A stretch of DNA of 24,404 bases, taken from the UHGV virus genome UHGV-0166778, one strand, 5' to 3'. This stretch comes from a virus. The first letter of the stretch is position 1. Each line of letters begins with the position of its first letter. The position numbers and the translations under genes were made by a program. Below are positions 1 to 9,123 of the stretch, piece after piece. The notes below the pieces were generated by a model. The model saw only the letters and a list, made by a program, of their open reading frames with translations, did not search any database and had not been told where the DNA came from.

Positions 1-1103
1 GGTACCTGATTTTCTCCTGTCCCCACATTCCTCTTTGCCGCTTCTCCCAAACCAAGGTATGTGAGAAGACCAGTTACATCCTTTCCACTCAAATTAGTCA
101 GCGTATTGTCCAGCGGTTGTTTACCTGCCAGTGCATTAAGCATTGTCGTGGCAAAGTTCGGGTCATTCCCCAGCGCCGCCGCCAGTTCGTTCAGTGTATC
201 CAGTGCCGCAGGTGCAGAACCCACCATTGCCGCAATCGCCGATTTCACAAATGCCGTGGTGGCAATTTGTGTATTGTTGACCGACTGTGCCGCAGTAGGT
301 GCGGTTGGCGTTCCGGTGAGTGCCGGACTCGACAACGGCGCTTTTAGTGCCAGCGCATTGTTAATGGTGGTACTGAATTTCGGATCATTGTTAATGGCTG
401 CGGCTATTTCTTTCAGCGTGTCCAGCGTGGCTGGCGCACCATTAATAAGAGCCGTCAGAGCCGCCTGAACAAACTCGGTGGTCGCAATCTGCGTGGTGTT
501 ATTCCCTGCTGCTGGCGTTGGCGCTTTGGGTGTCCCGGTAAACGTCGGACTTTCTTTGGGTGCATACTGTGAATGCGGGTCCGGTGCGGCAAGATGTTTT
601 GCCATCTGATCATCCGCGTACACCTTCAGCTCCAGTGCCTTGTCATCCACATACTTGCGGGTTGCCAGCACTACAGCAGGGTCGATTTTCAGGGTGATAT
701 TGTCCGTGCTGCTGGTAATCAGCACCATGCGCACGGTCTGAGTGCGCCCGCTACCTTCAGCCAGTTGCGGCTTATAGCTTTCCGGGCAGTTGCCCACGGC
801 AATCAATGCCCCGGACTCATCAAACAAGCCCACTTCACGTATCCACCAACCGCCCTCGTTTTCAGGGATCACCTGTTCGGCAATAATCTGACTGCTGTTC
901 TGCGGGTCGATATAGAGCATATTCAGCGCAGCCCGGCGTTTCTCATTTACCAGTGCAGTCTGCTTTGAGTCTGGCGTTGGCAATACTCCGCCGCCATCGC
1001 CGACCGCCATATGGGTAATTTTTAGCGGCACACCGAGCGCGGCGGCGCTGGCAAGTTTCGCCGCGCCAATATCCGTCAGCAGGGTATAAAATTTTGTGCT
1101 CAT
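1..1103 (-). CDS. H: Tail fiber protein (P2 gpH-like), partial; 3' end runs off the window
   Basis: Minus-strand frame open from ATG at 1103 to the window edge; translation begins MSTKFYTLLTDIGAAKLASAAALGVPLKITHMAVGDGGG, with repeated TQIATT.FV..A and ALDTL.E.AAA..NDP blocks typical of P2-family tail fibers. Start overlaps the gpI stop (ATGA). Confidence 0.8.
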   Translation of the reverse strand, partial: MSTKFYTLLTDIGAAKLASAAALGVPLKITHMAVGDGGGVLPTPDSKQTALVNEKRRAALNMLYIDPQNSSQIIAEQVIPENEGGWWIREVGLFDESGALIAVGNCPESYKPQLAEGSGRTQTVRMVLITSSTDNITLKIDPAVVLATRKYVDDKALELKVYADDQMAKHLAAPDPHSQYAPKESPTFTGTPKAPTPAAGNNTTQIATTEFVQAALTALINGAPATLDTLKEIAAAINNDPKFSTTINNALALKAPLSSPALTGTPTAPTAAQSVNNTQIATTAFVKSAIAAMVGSAPAALDTLNELAAALGNDPNFATTMLNALAGKQPLDNTLTNLSGKDVTGLLTYLGLGEAAKRNVGTGENQV

Positions 1104-1705
1104 GGATTCACTCTCATTGTGTCAATAACATGGACCGCCCCGCCTTCATGCGCGGTGCCGCCAGAAATAATTGTTTCGTTGATATACGGATAGATCGTGA
1201 TTTCTTCGCCAAGATAGCTGGCGGCCCCCACCCAATGCGGACCGCTGGTCTGCAGATTGATGGACATGCCGATCATGTGACGGCTACATGGTTTGGCATC
1301 GCTTATCAGCCGCTCAAGTTCCAGATAGGTATCTTCAGTGATGCCCTGGTCCTGCACGCCGATATCCAGGCGAAACGTGCCCGGTGTTTCTCCGGTCTGC
1401 CACCACTCAATAATGCGGATCAGGAATCCGAACGGTTCCACCACCCGCCGCACGGCACTGGTAGTTCCTTTATGCTGATGAATATAAAAAGCATCCTTCA
1501 CTACCTGGCGTTTGACGCTTTCTGTCCAGCCCTCGTCCCAGCGATCCACAGAGAACGCCCAGGCGAGATAAGGCAGGAAGCTGACCGGACAGGTAGCCGG
1601 ATTCCACAAGTCACGCAGCGGCACCTGCAGATCAGAAATCCCGCTACAGGTTTGCGCCAGTCGGCGCTCCAGTGAAGTTGAACCCGGTGGCAGCAGACTA
1701 TTCAT
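1100..1705 (-). CDS. I: Baseplate assembly / tail protein (P2 gpI-like)
   Basis: 201-aa ORF (MNSLLPPGSTSLERRLAQ...) in the position between J and H of the P2 late operon; start overlaps the J stop. Confidence 0.8.
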   Translation of the reverse strand: MNSLLPPGSTSLERRLAQTCSGISDLQVPLRDLWNPATCPVSFLPYLAWAFSVDRWDEGWTESVKRQVVKDAFYIHQHKGTTSAVRRVVEPFGFLIRIIEWWQTGETPGTFRLDIGVQDQGITEDTYLELERLISDAKPCSRHMIGMSINLQTSGPHWVGAASYLGEEITIYPYINETIISGGTAHEGGAVHVIDTMRVNP

Positions 1706-2606
1706 CCGTTCCTCCGTTGGTTACGCTCCACTGCGTACATGATGCCGCCTGTGTTTTGTTCAGGACCACATCCGCCAGCGGAGAAGCCAGTTCCACACGT
1801 TGAACACCCTCAACATGCAGAGCAGCAAAGATGGCGCTACGGCGAATATCCCGACCAAGCCTCGTCTGGCTGGCAATGTACTTCTGCAGACTGGCTTTTG
1901 CCGCTGCCATTACCGGCTCTGCTTCCGGTCCCGGATAGAGAAAAATGGTGGCTTCCACGCGATACGGGATGATTTCTGCGCTGCGAACCGTAAGACGGTC
2001 AGCCACCGGGCGGACGTTCTCACTGTTCAGAGCTTTTTCCACCACGTCCAGCAGGTCTTTTTCTGCAGTTCCATCGCCTTCGCGGCTAAGGACAGTCAGC
2101 ACCACCTCTGCAGGTGCCGGGCTGGTTGCACTGGCATCCGCCACCCGACCGTCGGCGCTTCGGGCATGAAATTCATAAGCTGCAGTTGGCCCCGCAACAG
2201 AAAGCCCTTCAAAGGCTGCAGGCACACGCAGGCGTAACGCTTCATCGCTTTCCATCACAGCTGCAACGGGCGGCACAGCATCATTATCAGCAGGCGTCAC
2301 CGTCAGGCGTGTCACGTTGTAGTTGGCAGCGAGCTGGTCAAGATCGCCGCCCATCGCGTAAGCCACCATCACCGCCTGCGCGGCTTCGTTAATGCGCTGG
2401 CGCAGAAGCAACTCACGGTAAGCGTTCTCCTGCAACAATTTAGTGACGGGTTCAGATTCCAGTTCCAGCGTGCGGATCACGACTTCCTGCTCATCTTTCG
2501 GATGAAGCGCCACAAATTCTGCCTTGCGTTCGGCAAGCAGCGTCTCAAAGTCCGGCACATCCACAATCTGCGGTGCAGGCAACTGCGAAAGGTCAATCAC
2601 TGCCAT
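1698..2606 (-). CDS. J: Baseplate assembly protein (P2 gpJ-like)
   Basis: ORF 1698..2645; likely true start is the internal MAVIDLSQLPAPQIVDVPDFETLLAERKA, resembling the gpJ N-terminus; short overlap with the W stop. Confidence 0.85.
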   Translation of the reverse strand: MAVIDLSQLPAPQIVDVPDFETLLAERKAEFVALHPKDEQEVVIRTLELESEPVTKLLQENAYRELLLRQRINEAAQAVMVAYAMGGDLDQLAANYNVTRLTVTPADNDAVPPVAAVMESDEALRLRVPAAFEGLSVAGPTAAYEFHARSADGRVADASATSPAPAEVVLTVLSREGDGTAEKDLLDVVEKALNSENVRPVADRLTVRSAEIIPYRVEATIFLYPGPEAEPVMAAAKASLQKYIASQTRLGRDIRRSAIFAALHVEGVQRVELASPLADVVLNKTQAASCTQWSVTNGGTDE

Positions 2607-2952
2607 TCTCTGCTCCTGTTGATACGGAAAGGGACACAGGCACACCGTTATTCCGCCGCCCGGTCAGCTCCACCACCATAGAACCGTCAAAGTTGCTGTT
2701 GATGGTAATGGAATCCAGCGTCAGCCGTGGCTCCCAGCGACTCAGCGCCACATACACTGCCGACATGACCTGCAGGCGTAATGCCGGATTTTGTGGCTGA
2801 TCTATTAAAACCGACAGGAGGGATCCATATTCCCGGCGGGCAATGCGGCTACCCTGCGGTGTCAGCAGAATGTCCCGCACCGACTGGCGCAGATGATCAA
2901 TATCAGTAATGACTTTGCCGCTGGTATTGTTCATCCCGCTATAAAGCGTCAT
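2593..2952 (-). CDS. W: Baseplate protein (P2 gpW-like, GPW/gp25 family)
   Basis: 119-aa ORF MTLYSGMNNTSGKVITDIDHLRQSVRDILLTPQGSRIARREYGS..., between V and J. Confidence 0.85.
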   Translation of the reverse strand: MTLYSGMNNTSGKVITDIDHLRQSVRDILLTPQGSRIARREYGSLLSVLIDQPQNPALRLQVMSAVYVALSRWEPRLTLDSITINSNFDGSMVVELTGRRNNGVPVSLSVSTGAENGSD

Positions 2953-3527
2953 ACCGGGCCTCCGGTTGTATCGCCGCCTTTCAGGACGCCAGTATGCTGA
3001 TGCGCATCAACCACAATCCCGTTAGAGCTCATCGCTCCGCCGCCCTGGGTAACGCCACCATTGATCACCACTTCGCTGTTAATACGCGTGCGGTCAGCCT
3101 CCAGCACAAACTCACTGGTTTTCAGGGTGATATTGTCAGCGGCCTCAATGACCATTGATTTGATGCCCCTAACATACCAGCGCCCGGTGGCGGGTTCGTA
3201 TTCAAACCAGCCGCCGTCCGGGTATTCCGTCACGTTGCCGTCCTCAGAGCCTGAAGGTGGCGGAAACTGGTTTGAGTAGACCGCAGGCAGGGCAAACGCG
3301 GTTTCCAGATTGCCGCCAAGGCTGAACAGCACAACCTGCTCACCCACAGACGGTTTCCACCAGGTGCGCGATTTGCCCGCGCGCAGTGTCAGCCAGTTAA
3401 TCCAGTTGGTTTCGAGGTCGCCAGTTTTCACCCGACACAGCCAGTTTGCCCTGTCCACTTCGGTGACTACACCTGTGCGGATCAGGTTGGTGATAAGGCG
3501 CATGATTTCGGTTAATTGTGCGTTCAT
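2949..3527 (-). CDS. V: Baseplate spike / tail protein (P2 gpV-like)
   Basis: 192-aa ORF MNAQLTEIMRLITNLIRTGVVTEVD...WWKPSVGEQVVLFSLGG...SSNGIVVDAHQHTG, close to the gpV pattern as recalled. Confidence 0.85.
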   Translation of the reverse strand: MNAQLTEIMRLITNLIRTGVVTEVDRANWLCRVKTGDLETNWINWLTLRAGKSRTWWKPSVGEQVVLFSLGGNLETAFALPAVYSNQFPPPSGSEDGNVTEYPDGGWFEYEPATGRWYVRGIKSMVIEAADNITLKTSEFVLEADRTRINSEVVINGGVTQGGGAMSSNGIVVDAHQHTGVLKGGDTTGGPV

Positions 3528-3573
3528 AGGGAAAGGTTGCCATCAGGGGAAGAAAGGCGGCAGTGCTGCAACT

Positions 3574-3591
3574 TGTATCAGTGCTGATACA
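3574..3591 (-). promoter_or_regulatory. TGT-N12-ACA dyad (Ogr/Delta/B-type late activator site) upstream of V
   Basis: tgtatcagtgctgataca lies inside the palindrome ttgtatcagtgctgatacaa in the S-V intergenic gap, 47-64 bp upstream of the V start codon. Confidence 0.5.
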
Positions 3592-3595
3592 AAGA

Positions 3596-4042
3596 TCACC
3601 CCGCCAGCCATTGCAGAATCATGTCGCGGGTCATTGCCTCAACATCATCATTTACACCCAGAAGGCGACGCTCTGCGTAACGGACCTCAGGTCCTTTGCG
3701 ACTGACGCGATCGCGCAAGCCGTAATGGTGAACACGGGCAATGCGCTGCACCTTACCTTCAAACTGCACGCTGGCAGAGTCGGCGCTGGCGGCAGTTTTC
3801 AGGTATTTTGTGGTGCGCAGCTTTGTAAACATCTGACGTTTGATGCGCCCCTTTTTGCTGCGTGCTGTTACTCTGCGCGGCTCATAACTGCTGCCATCTG
3901 GATTGCGCTGCATCCTGATGTTCTGCTGCTGTGTCCGGCGCAGTTCCTGCGCCAACTGGCGCATCATACGGCTTCTTGCGGCTGGCTCCAGATTCGCCAG
4001 CAAGGCACTCAACCAGTCGTCCACCTTCTGCAATTCAGCCAC
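3596..4042 (-). CDS. S: Tail completion protein (P2 gpS-like)
   Basis: 148-aa ORF in conserved position downstream of R; start overlaps the R stop. Confidence 0.8.
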   Translation of the reverse strand: MAELQKVDDWLSALLANLEPAARSRMMRQLAQELRRTQQQNIRMQRNPDGSSYEPRRVTARSKKGRIKRQMFTKLRTTKYLKTAASADSASVQFEGKVQRIARVHHYGLRDRVSRKGPEVRYAERRLLGVNDDVEAMTRDMILQWLAG

Positions 4043-4487
4043 GTTTCACCGTCCACATTTCTTCAGGTTCATCGGGTTCCGCTACAGTTTCAACACTCGA
4101 CACACTGCCATCAGTGCTGACCAGCACACGCTCCGTCAGTTGCAGGTTAAGGCTGATATCACAGACATCATTGCGCAGAATATCCAGCTCAAAGGTGAAT
4201 AACTTTTCCCGTAACGCCGGGTTATTGATGGCATCAGGCTGATTATCCCGCAGCCACAGCAAAACCGGGGCCATCAGCAGATTCTGGTCGCCGCTGAAAT
4301 CCTCAATCACCACGTTCAGGGTATAGCGGTACTCCCATGACATGGAGCTGGCCCCCGTGGCAACCAGCGAACCGTTATCCACAAACAGATGCAGTTTGTC
4401 CGGGTTATTGCGGACATAAGGCACTGCTTTATTGAGGGCGTGGCGCAGGGATTGTGGTTTGTTCACTGTTTCGCTCCTGACACGCAA
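4035..4487 (-). CDS. R: Tail completion protein (P2 gpR-like)
   Basis: 150-aa ORF containing PQSLRHALNKAVPYVRNNPDKLHLFVDNGSL...YTLNVVIEDFSGD; the true start may be a downstream non-ATG codon. Confidence 0.8.
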   Translation of the reverse strand: MRVRSETVNKPQSLRHALNKAVPYVRNNPDKLHLFVDNGSLVATGASSMSWEYRYTLNVVIEDFSGDQNLLMAPVLLWLRDNQPDAINNPALREKLFTFELDILRNDVCDISLNLQLTERVLVSTDGSVSSVETVAEPDEPEEMWTVKRG

Positions 4488-4719
4488 TAATCATGTCCAC
4501 TTTGTCTGCACAGACCGCCCAGGCGACCTCCGTTTCATCCAGCAATGCGTTCAGATCACCGTTAGTGCGCGGCGCTGCCTGATCCAGCCGACACGGCGTC
4601 ACTCGCGGACACCCACTGACGGTAAGCTGCACCTCCGGTGAGTGCCGGACGTTCCCGCAGCCGGATAATGTCAGCAGGCAAAGGAGTATCAGCCCAGCGG
4701 CGTAAATCCTCGTTCTCAC
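4429..4719 (-). CDS. lysC: LysC / Rz1-like outer-membrane spanin lipoprotein, embedded out of frame across the lysB-R junction
   Basis: 96-aa ORF with a lipoprotein signal and lipobox (MRTRIYAAGLILLCLLTLSGCG); overlaps the 3' end of lysB and the 5' end of R as in P2. Confidence 0.6.
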   Translation of the reverse strand: MRTRIYAAGLILLCLLTLSGCGNVRHSPEVQLTVSGCPRVTPCRLDQAAPRTNGDLNALLDETEVAWAVCADKVDMIIACQERNSEQTTIPAPRPQ

Positions 4720-4990
4720 GTTTCAGTTCCTCAATCCGATGTTGTCGTTGTCTCAGCAGTGCACTGGTCTGTTCTGCTTCGGCGTAGAGCCGCGCCTGCT
4801 CCCGGTTGTTGGTTTCAGCCAGAATGGACAGACTGATCAGCTGGCTGTTTTTCTTCGTCAGTTCCTGCGCTTTACTTTTCAGCGCCGCGCGCTGCGTTTC
4901 GATGGTATGGCTGGCGCTGTTAAGCCGCCACGACTGCCAGCCCAGCGCAACGAGTGCCAGCGCCGCCACTACCGCCAGCGCACGTGTCAT
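4562..4990 (-). CDS. lysB: LysB / Rz-like inner-membrane spanin
   Basis: 142-aa ORF with an N-terminal TM segment (ALAVVAALALVALGW) and a charged coiled-coil region; immediately downstream of the endolysin with ATGA overlap. Confidence 0.7.
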   Translation of the reverse strand: MTRALAVVAALALVALGWQSWRLNSASHTIETQRAALKSKAQELTKKNSQLISLSILAETNNREQARLYAEAEQTSALLRQRQHRIEELKRENEDLRRWADTPLPADIIRLRERPALTGGAAYRQWVSASDAVSAGSGSAAH

Positions 4991-5502
4991 AGTCCAGCTC
5001 CTTTAAGGCACCAGGCCATCTCCCGCGCTCGGCGGTTATCCAGCCCCTGATTAAACACACCTTTTACATACACCCAGCGCGGCAACTGTCGGCACGCATC
5101 CGCCCAGCGCCGCTGATTGAGCAATTTCACCAGCGTGGAGCTGCAGGCATTGCCTGTCCCCACGTTGAAGGCAAATGACACCACCGCGTCATACACTTTC
5201 TGCGGTGGCTGTTGCTTCACACACCTTTCCAGTGACCGCTCCACACGCAGCACGTTGGAGATAAGCCCTTCTGCTGCCTGTCGTTCCGTAATGGTTTTGC
5301 CGGGAATGACGCCCGACGTATTACCAATGCCGTCAGTCCAGACACCCGCGCTGCACTGATACGGCTGCAGACGACAGCCTTCGTAATCGGCAATCAGTTT
5401 CAGTCCCTCCACGGAGGTGTGAAGCTGCTGAAAACCCGGCAGCGTGGCAGCAATAGCCAGCACGGCCCCGACAAGGCAGCGTTTAACGATTGATGGATTC
5501 AT
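4987..5502 (-). CDS. K: Endolysin (phage lysozyme, P2 gpK-like)
   Basis: 171-aa ORF with N-terminal EGLKLIADYEGCRLQPYQC...VWTDGIGNT, a lysozyme-type catalytic region; position after the holin. Confidence 0.85.
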   Translation of the reverse strand: MNPSIVKRCLVGAVLAIAATLPGFQQLHTSVEGLKLIADYEGCRLQPYQCSAGVWTDGIGNTSGVIPGKTITERQAAEGLISNVLRVERSLERCVKQQPPQKVYDAVVSFAFNVGTGNACSSTLVKLLNQRRWADACRQLPRWVYVKGVFNQGLDNRRAREMAWCLKGAGL

Positions 5503-5698
5503 AATCCTCCCGCGAGATCTGCCCGTCGCGCAGAAGCTGGTAGGCTTTGTGTTTGTAGTACCAGTTGATAGCCAGCATCAGTACACCAATCATCAGGCCG
5601 CCCAGCGTTGAGGCATCCTTGATGGACAAATCGCCCAGCCAGGCCAGCACAACGGCGATGCAGTACGTGATAAAGGCGCTGATTCGCTCAAGCGTCAT
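5483..5698 (-). CDS. Holin (small two-TM membrane protein)
   Basis: 71 aa with two hydrophobic helices (ISAFITYCIAVVLAWLGDL; LGGLMIGVLMLAINWYY) and a charged C-terminus, sitting between X and the endolysin. Confidence 0.7.
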   Translation of the reverse strand: MTLERISAFITYCIAVVLAWLGDLSIKDASTLGGLMIGVLMLAINWYYKHKAYQLLRDGQISREDYESINR

Positions 5699-5701
5699 AA
5701 T

Positions 5702-5905
5702 TCAGTCCCATAGCTGGACGGTCTGCACGGTGGTGGTGGTCGGAATGTCCGGCAGCTCCACCTGCAGCCCGTGAGGTAAAAAGGGGCCGTATTCGGCAAG
5801 CCCCGGATTTGCCTTCAGTACCTGCTCCGTGACACCCTGCGTGCGCCCGTAATGACGCCAGCAAAGCGCGTCCACCGTGTCATACTGATGCGCACGCACT
5901 TTCAT
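5702..5905 (-). CDS. X: Tail protein (P2 gpX-like)
   Basis: 67-aa ORF (MKVRAHQYDTVDALCWRHYGRTQGV...) of the same length and position as gpX. Confidence 0.8.
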   Translation of the reverse strand: MKVRAHQYDTVDALCWRHYGRTQGVTEQVLKANPGLAEYGPFLPHGLQVELPDIPTTTTVQTVQLWD

Positions 5906-6432
5906 CAGATAAGCTCCACTGTGCAGTGCGGCGCATCCTGCACCCGGCTGATGGCCCAGCGGGCGTCACGCCACAAATCACCGCTTGCTTCCGCCAGTTC
6001 CTCGCCCCGCTTCACACCGGATGCCGTGGCGTCATAGTCCTGATAACGCTCGTTGAGCATGGCGCGTGCCCAGCAGTAAACCGCGTTGAAATAGTGATGA
6101 ATGCGCTCACTTTTGCCGTCCAGCTGTTCCGCCGGAACCTCTGCCAGCGAGGCATATCCCAGCATCTGCTGACGTCTGCGAAACTCATACAGCTCTGCGT
6201 TGACCTCCGAAATTGCCGACAGCGCAACCTGCTTTAAACGCGGCTGCGTCACCGTGCCGTCAGTGCGCATGACACAGCGAAACTCCGACAGGTCCACATC
6301 AGGCCAGAACGGCGTATTTCTGATGATTTCCGCCTGTTCCGGTGCCTGTTCTGGCGCAACAAACTTCATGCTGCTTTCTCCTGAAATAAAGGGCGGTGGA
6401 CGGGATTTTGATGTGGCAGTGCCTTTCGCCAC
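5905..6432 (-). CDS. L: Head completion / stabilisation protein (P2 gpL-like)
   Basis: 175-aa ORF; real start may be the internal MKFVAPEQ. Position between M and X. Confidence 0.8.
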   Translation of the reverse strand: MAKGTATSKSRPPPFISGESSMKFVAPEQAPEQAEIIRNTPFWPDVDLSEFRCVMRTDGTVTQPRLKQVALSAISEVNAELYEFRRRQQMLGYASLAEVPAEQLDGKSERIHHYFNAVYCWARAMLNERYQDYDATASGVKRGEELAEASGDLWRDARWAISRVQDAPHCTVELI

Positions 6433-6464
6433 CCCGTGCCGCCCGTGCGCGGGGGCACGTTCTG

Positions 6465-7115
6465 TCAGCGGCTGTCATTGCGCAGTCTGCGCTCCAGCTG
6501 CTGTTTGTCTTTTTTCACGCCACAGCGGGGATCGAGCTGTAACGCATGGTTGAGATGATTAAGGGCGGAAGCCGGATTGCTTTCACTCAGGACAGCGCCA
6601 ATCGCTTTATGCAGACGTGCCCGTGACTGGTCCGGCATATCCAGACCGTCTGTCAGCTCCAGCGTCTGCAGCAACAGATCAGCATCAAAGCCGGTGGCGG
6701 CAAGCATTGCGCTCTGCGCTGCGTCTGCCATTTCCTCTGCCAGCACGGTCTGCACGTTGCGGTTACCCAACGGCATCACCCAGCCATGACGCAGGGCGTG
6801 ACGCCCGATCTCCAGCGCCCCGGCATAATCTCCGGCATCAATGCGCCACAGCATCACGTACATCAGCACGTCATCCTGTTGCGCGCCTCCGCCAGCCAGG
6901 ACACCCTCTGCCCAGGCGGCGTATTTCGGCAGCAGTTCCACCTTGATTTCCGCTTTTTTGACCGTGGACTGAACGCCCTTGAGACGGCGGCGGTCTTCCG
7001 CCAGTTGCAGCAGCATCAGGTCATAGCCCGACGCGTGGCGAACACTGCCACCCTCGCGAGCGGCCTGTTCAGCCTGAACGCGCAGGCGATGCTGCCGTGC
7101 GGGACTCAGGCTCAT
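6465..7115 (-). CDS. M: Terminase endonuclease (small) subunit (P2 gpM-like)
   Basis: 216-aa ORF MSLSPARQHRLRVQAEQAAREGGSV..., immediately downstream of N. Confidence 0.85.
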   Translation of the reverse strand: MSLSPARQHRLRVQAEQAAREGGSVRHASGYDLMLLQLAEDRRRLKGVQSTVKKAEIKVELLPKYAAWAEGVLAGGGAQQDDVLMYVMLWRIDAGDYAGALEIGRHALRHGWVMPLGNRNVQTVLAEEMADAAQSAMLAATGFDADLLLQTLELTDGLDMPDQSRARLHKAIGAVLSESNPASALNHLNHALQLDPRCGVKKDKQQLERRLRNDSR

Positions 7116-7118
7116 GAA

Positions 7119-8177
7119 TTACACTCCGGTTTCTGCTGCGGCGGCGCTGAAGTCACCAATCTGGATGTTTTCCACCAGTGCGGCGCAGCGGTAGTCCTCA
7201 ACCACATAGGCTTCGTTAACGGATTCAAAATTTTCAATCCGGTCACGTTTCGGGTTGTCGATAACTGAACGGCGGCGGGTATCTTCCTGCCAGTAGATGG
7301 ACAGGTTATCCAGACGGGTGATCAGCAGCGCATTCGGCGGGAAGAACGGCGCACGCACGGCCTGCAGGCCACCCATGCGTTTCTGACTGATGATCATATC
7401 GGCTGCCAGTTTTTCACTGTTTTCCTGCTCTTTGTTGACCAGCGGGAAATACTTGTCAGACAGCAGTTCACGACCGCAAATCACCACCAGATCGTCATCG
7501 TCCTGGTAGACCACGTCGATAAGCTCATTGACCGCATCCATCACCACAGCGTCCAGGTTGGCATATTCGCCACCTTTCCCGACTTTCACCGCACCCGGTG
7601 TGGTTTCGCCGCCCGTGGTGGTGCTGCCCATGACGTGATCCGGTGCATCCTCACGGATTTTCTGCAGCCAGCCTTTGTTCACATCCTGCAGCAGCGGGTT
7701 TTCACTACGGTTGGAGGTTTTCGCACGCTTCACGCCGTTAAAGCCGATCATGATGCGGTCCAGTGCCTGACGTTTCACGATGGCGTCACGGATACGCACC
7801 TGGAAATCCTGAAACTTCGCCCACAGGTCCAGCTTCGCGTAGGTCAGCACCGTGTCAAAGTTGGTCTGCTCGCATTTGTATTCCACATCGACCATCAGCG
7901 TCGGATCGACAGGTTCACGCTCTTTCGCGGTGGTGTCAGTGGTTCCGGCAATGGTGCTGCCAACACCCAGCCCCAGCAGCTGACCGGACTGCTCAGTCAC
8001 TGGCGTGACGTTAATCAGCGTCAGGAAAGCGGCGGACTGCTGGATCTGGTCTTCCAGCGTCTGCTGCACAGACGGCTCTACAGTGAACTTGCTGGACAGT
8101 TCTTCAACTGCCACACCGTTCAGACGTGCCAGTTGCTGCAGGTAAGCGTTAAAAGCAAAGCGGGTATTCTTCTTCAT
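7119..8177 (-). CDS. N: Major capsid protein (P2 gpN-like)
   Basis: 352-aa ORF MKKNTRFAFNAYLQQLARLNGV... matching gpN in length and N-terminus as recalled. Confidence 0.9.
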   Translation of the reverse strand: MKKNTRFAFNAYLQQLARLNGVAVEELSSKFTVEPSVQQTLEDQIQQSAAFLTLINVTPVTEQSGQLLGLGVGSTIAGTTDTTAKEREPVDPTLMVDVEYKCEQTNFDTVLTYAKLDLWAKFQDFQVRIRDAIVKRQALDRIMIGFNGVKRAKTSNRSENPLLQDVNKGWLQKIREDAPDHVMGSTTTGGETTPGAVKVGKGGEYANLDAVVMDAVNELIDVVYQDDDDLVVICGRELLSDKYFPLVNKEQENSEKLAADMIISQKRMGGLQAVRAPFFPPNALLITRLDNLSIYWQEDTRRRSVIDNPKRDRIENFESVNEAYVVEDYRCAALVENIQIGDFSAAAAETGV

Positions 8178-8193
8178 CAGGTTTTGTGCTCCA

Positions 8194-9027
8194 TCAGCAA
8201 TTGGTCAGAGTGTCAGCGGGGGCGTTACCGCCTGTTGCACGCTGGCGGTAGTCCTGGCGGCTGTCTTCATGACTCAGCTTATTCACCAGTTCGTTAAAGG
8301 CGGTTTGCTGCTCCTGCAGAGCAGTCTCCAGCTCAGACAGGCGTTCTTCCTGCTCAGACAGGGATTTTTCGGTGCGTGCGCTCAGGTTCTGCTGCTCAGT
8401 GGCGACCAGCTCCACGGCCTTATGCACATCAGAGAACCGGGCGTCATCGGACTGCTCTTTTTTGGTAAACAGCGCCGTGACACGGGCAAACAGGGACGGC
8501 TTGTCCTCCTGGATTTCTTCCAGTTCGATCACCGTTTCCTCTGCAGCGGTAAAAAGATTGGCGGGATTCTGCTTGCGGTTTGCCAGCGGGTTATGGGCTG
8601 CACTGGCGCTGAATGTCAGCATTTCAGTGCCCAGACTGGCAGGGTCATCAGTGGCCGCCAGGCCGACCAGGTAGGCTTTGCCCGTATCAGCAAACTTCGG
8701 GCTGACTTCCATAGATGTGAATAATTTCTGGCCTTTTTTCACCAGCTCCACCAGGGACTCCGTTGGCTCAACGTCGGCATACAGCGCCATCTTGCCCGCC
8801 AGCGGACCTTCCGTGATTTCTTCAGCAAACAGCGCCGTCACCTTGCCGTAGCGGTTAAAGGTGCTGTCCGGCAGATAAGACTTAATGTGCTCAAGGTTAA
8901 TCAGCGCGGTATACACCGCCGGGTTGTAGCTGGCTGCCATCTGTTCCAGCCATTCACGCTGGATTTCACGTCCGTCGGTAGTGGCACCTTCCACCCCGAT
9001 GCGAAAACGCTTTGCTTTCACTGTCAT
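8194..9027 (-). CDS. O: Capsid scaffolding protein (P2 gpO-like)
   Basis: 277-aa ORF MTVKAKRFRIGVEGATTDGREIQREWLEQMAASYNP..., divergent from P. Confidence 0.9.
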   Translation of the reverse strand: MTVKAKRFRIGVEGATTDGREIQREWLEQMAASYNPAVYTALINLEHIKSYLPDSTFNRYGKVTALFAEEITEGPLAGKMALYADVEPTESLVELVKKGQKLFTSMEVSPKFADTGKAYLVGLAATDDPASLGTEMLTFSASAAHNPLANRKQNPANLFTAAEETVIELEEIQEDKPSLFARVTALFTKKEQSDDARFSDVHKAVELVATEQQNLSARTEKSLSEQEERLSELETALQEQQTAFNELVNKLSHEDSRQDYRQRATGGNAPADTLTNC

Positions 9028-9105
9028 GAGCCGTGCTCCGTTAGAAAAAACTTACTGGAGCCTTATGGTTGCGGTGATGGGGGCAGTGAAACAATGCGCG
9101 GTATT

Positions 9106-9123
9106 TGTACCGACAACCACACA
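9106..9123 (+). promoter_or_regulatory. TGT-N12-ACA dyad (late activator site) in the divergent O/P late promoter region
   Basis: tgtaccgacaaccacaca, 47-64 bp upstream of the P start codon. Confidence 0.5.

Noticed and set aside
61-968. Plus-strand ORFs (61..468, 117..347, 573..968) inside the tail fiber region
   Set aside because: They lie antisense to the well-supported minus-strand tail fiber H frame and have low-complexity Ala/Ser/Val-rich or Cys/Arg-rich translations typical of shadow ORFs in GC-rich coding DNA.
2607-2645. Longer start of gene J (MCLCPFPYQQEQR...)
   Set aside because: The internal MAVIDLSQLP start resembles the gpJ N-terminus and avoids a long overlap with W.
1094-4242. 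Plus-strand ORFs overlapping I, J, W, V, S and R (for example 1094..1675, 1800..2237, 3563..4120)
   Set aside because: Antisense to a contiguous, translationally coupled late operon whose products match P2 proteins; no ribosome-binding sites or recognisable domains.
7635-8724. Plus-strand ORFs antisense to N and O (7635..8297, 8269..8724)
   Set aside because: Shadow frames within the capsid and scaffold genes.
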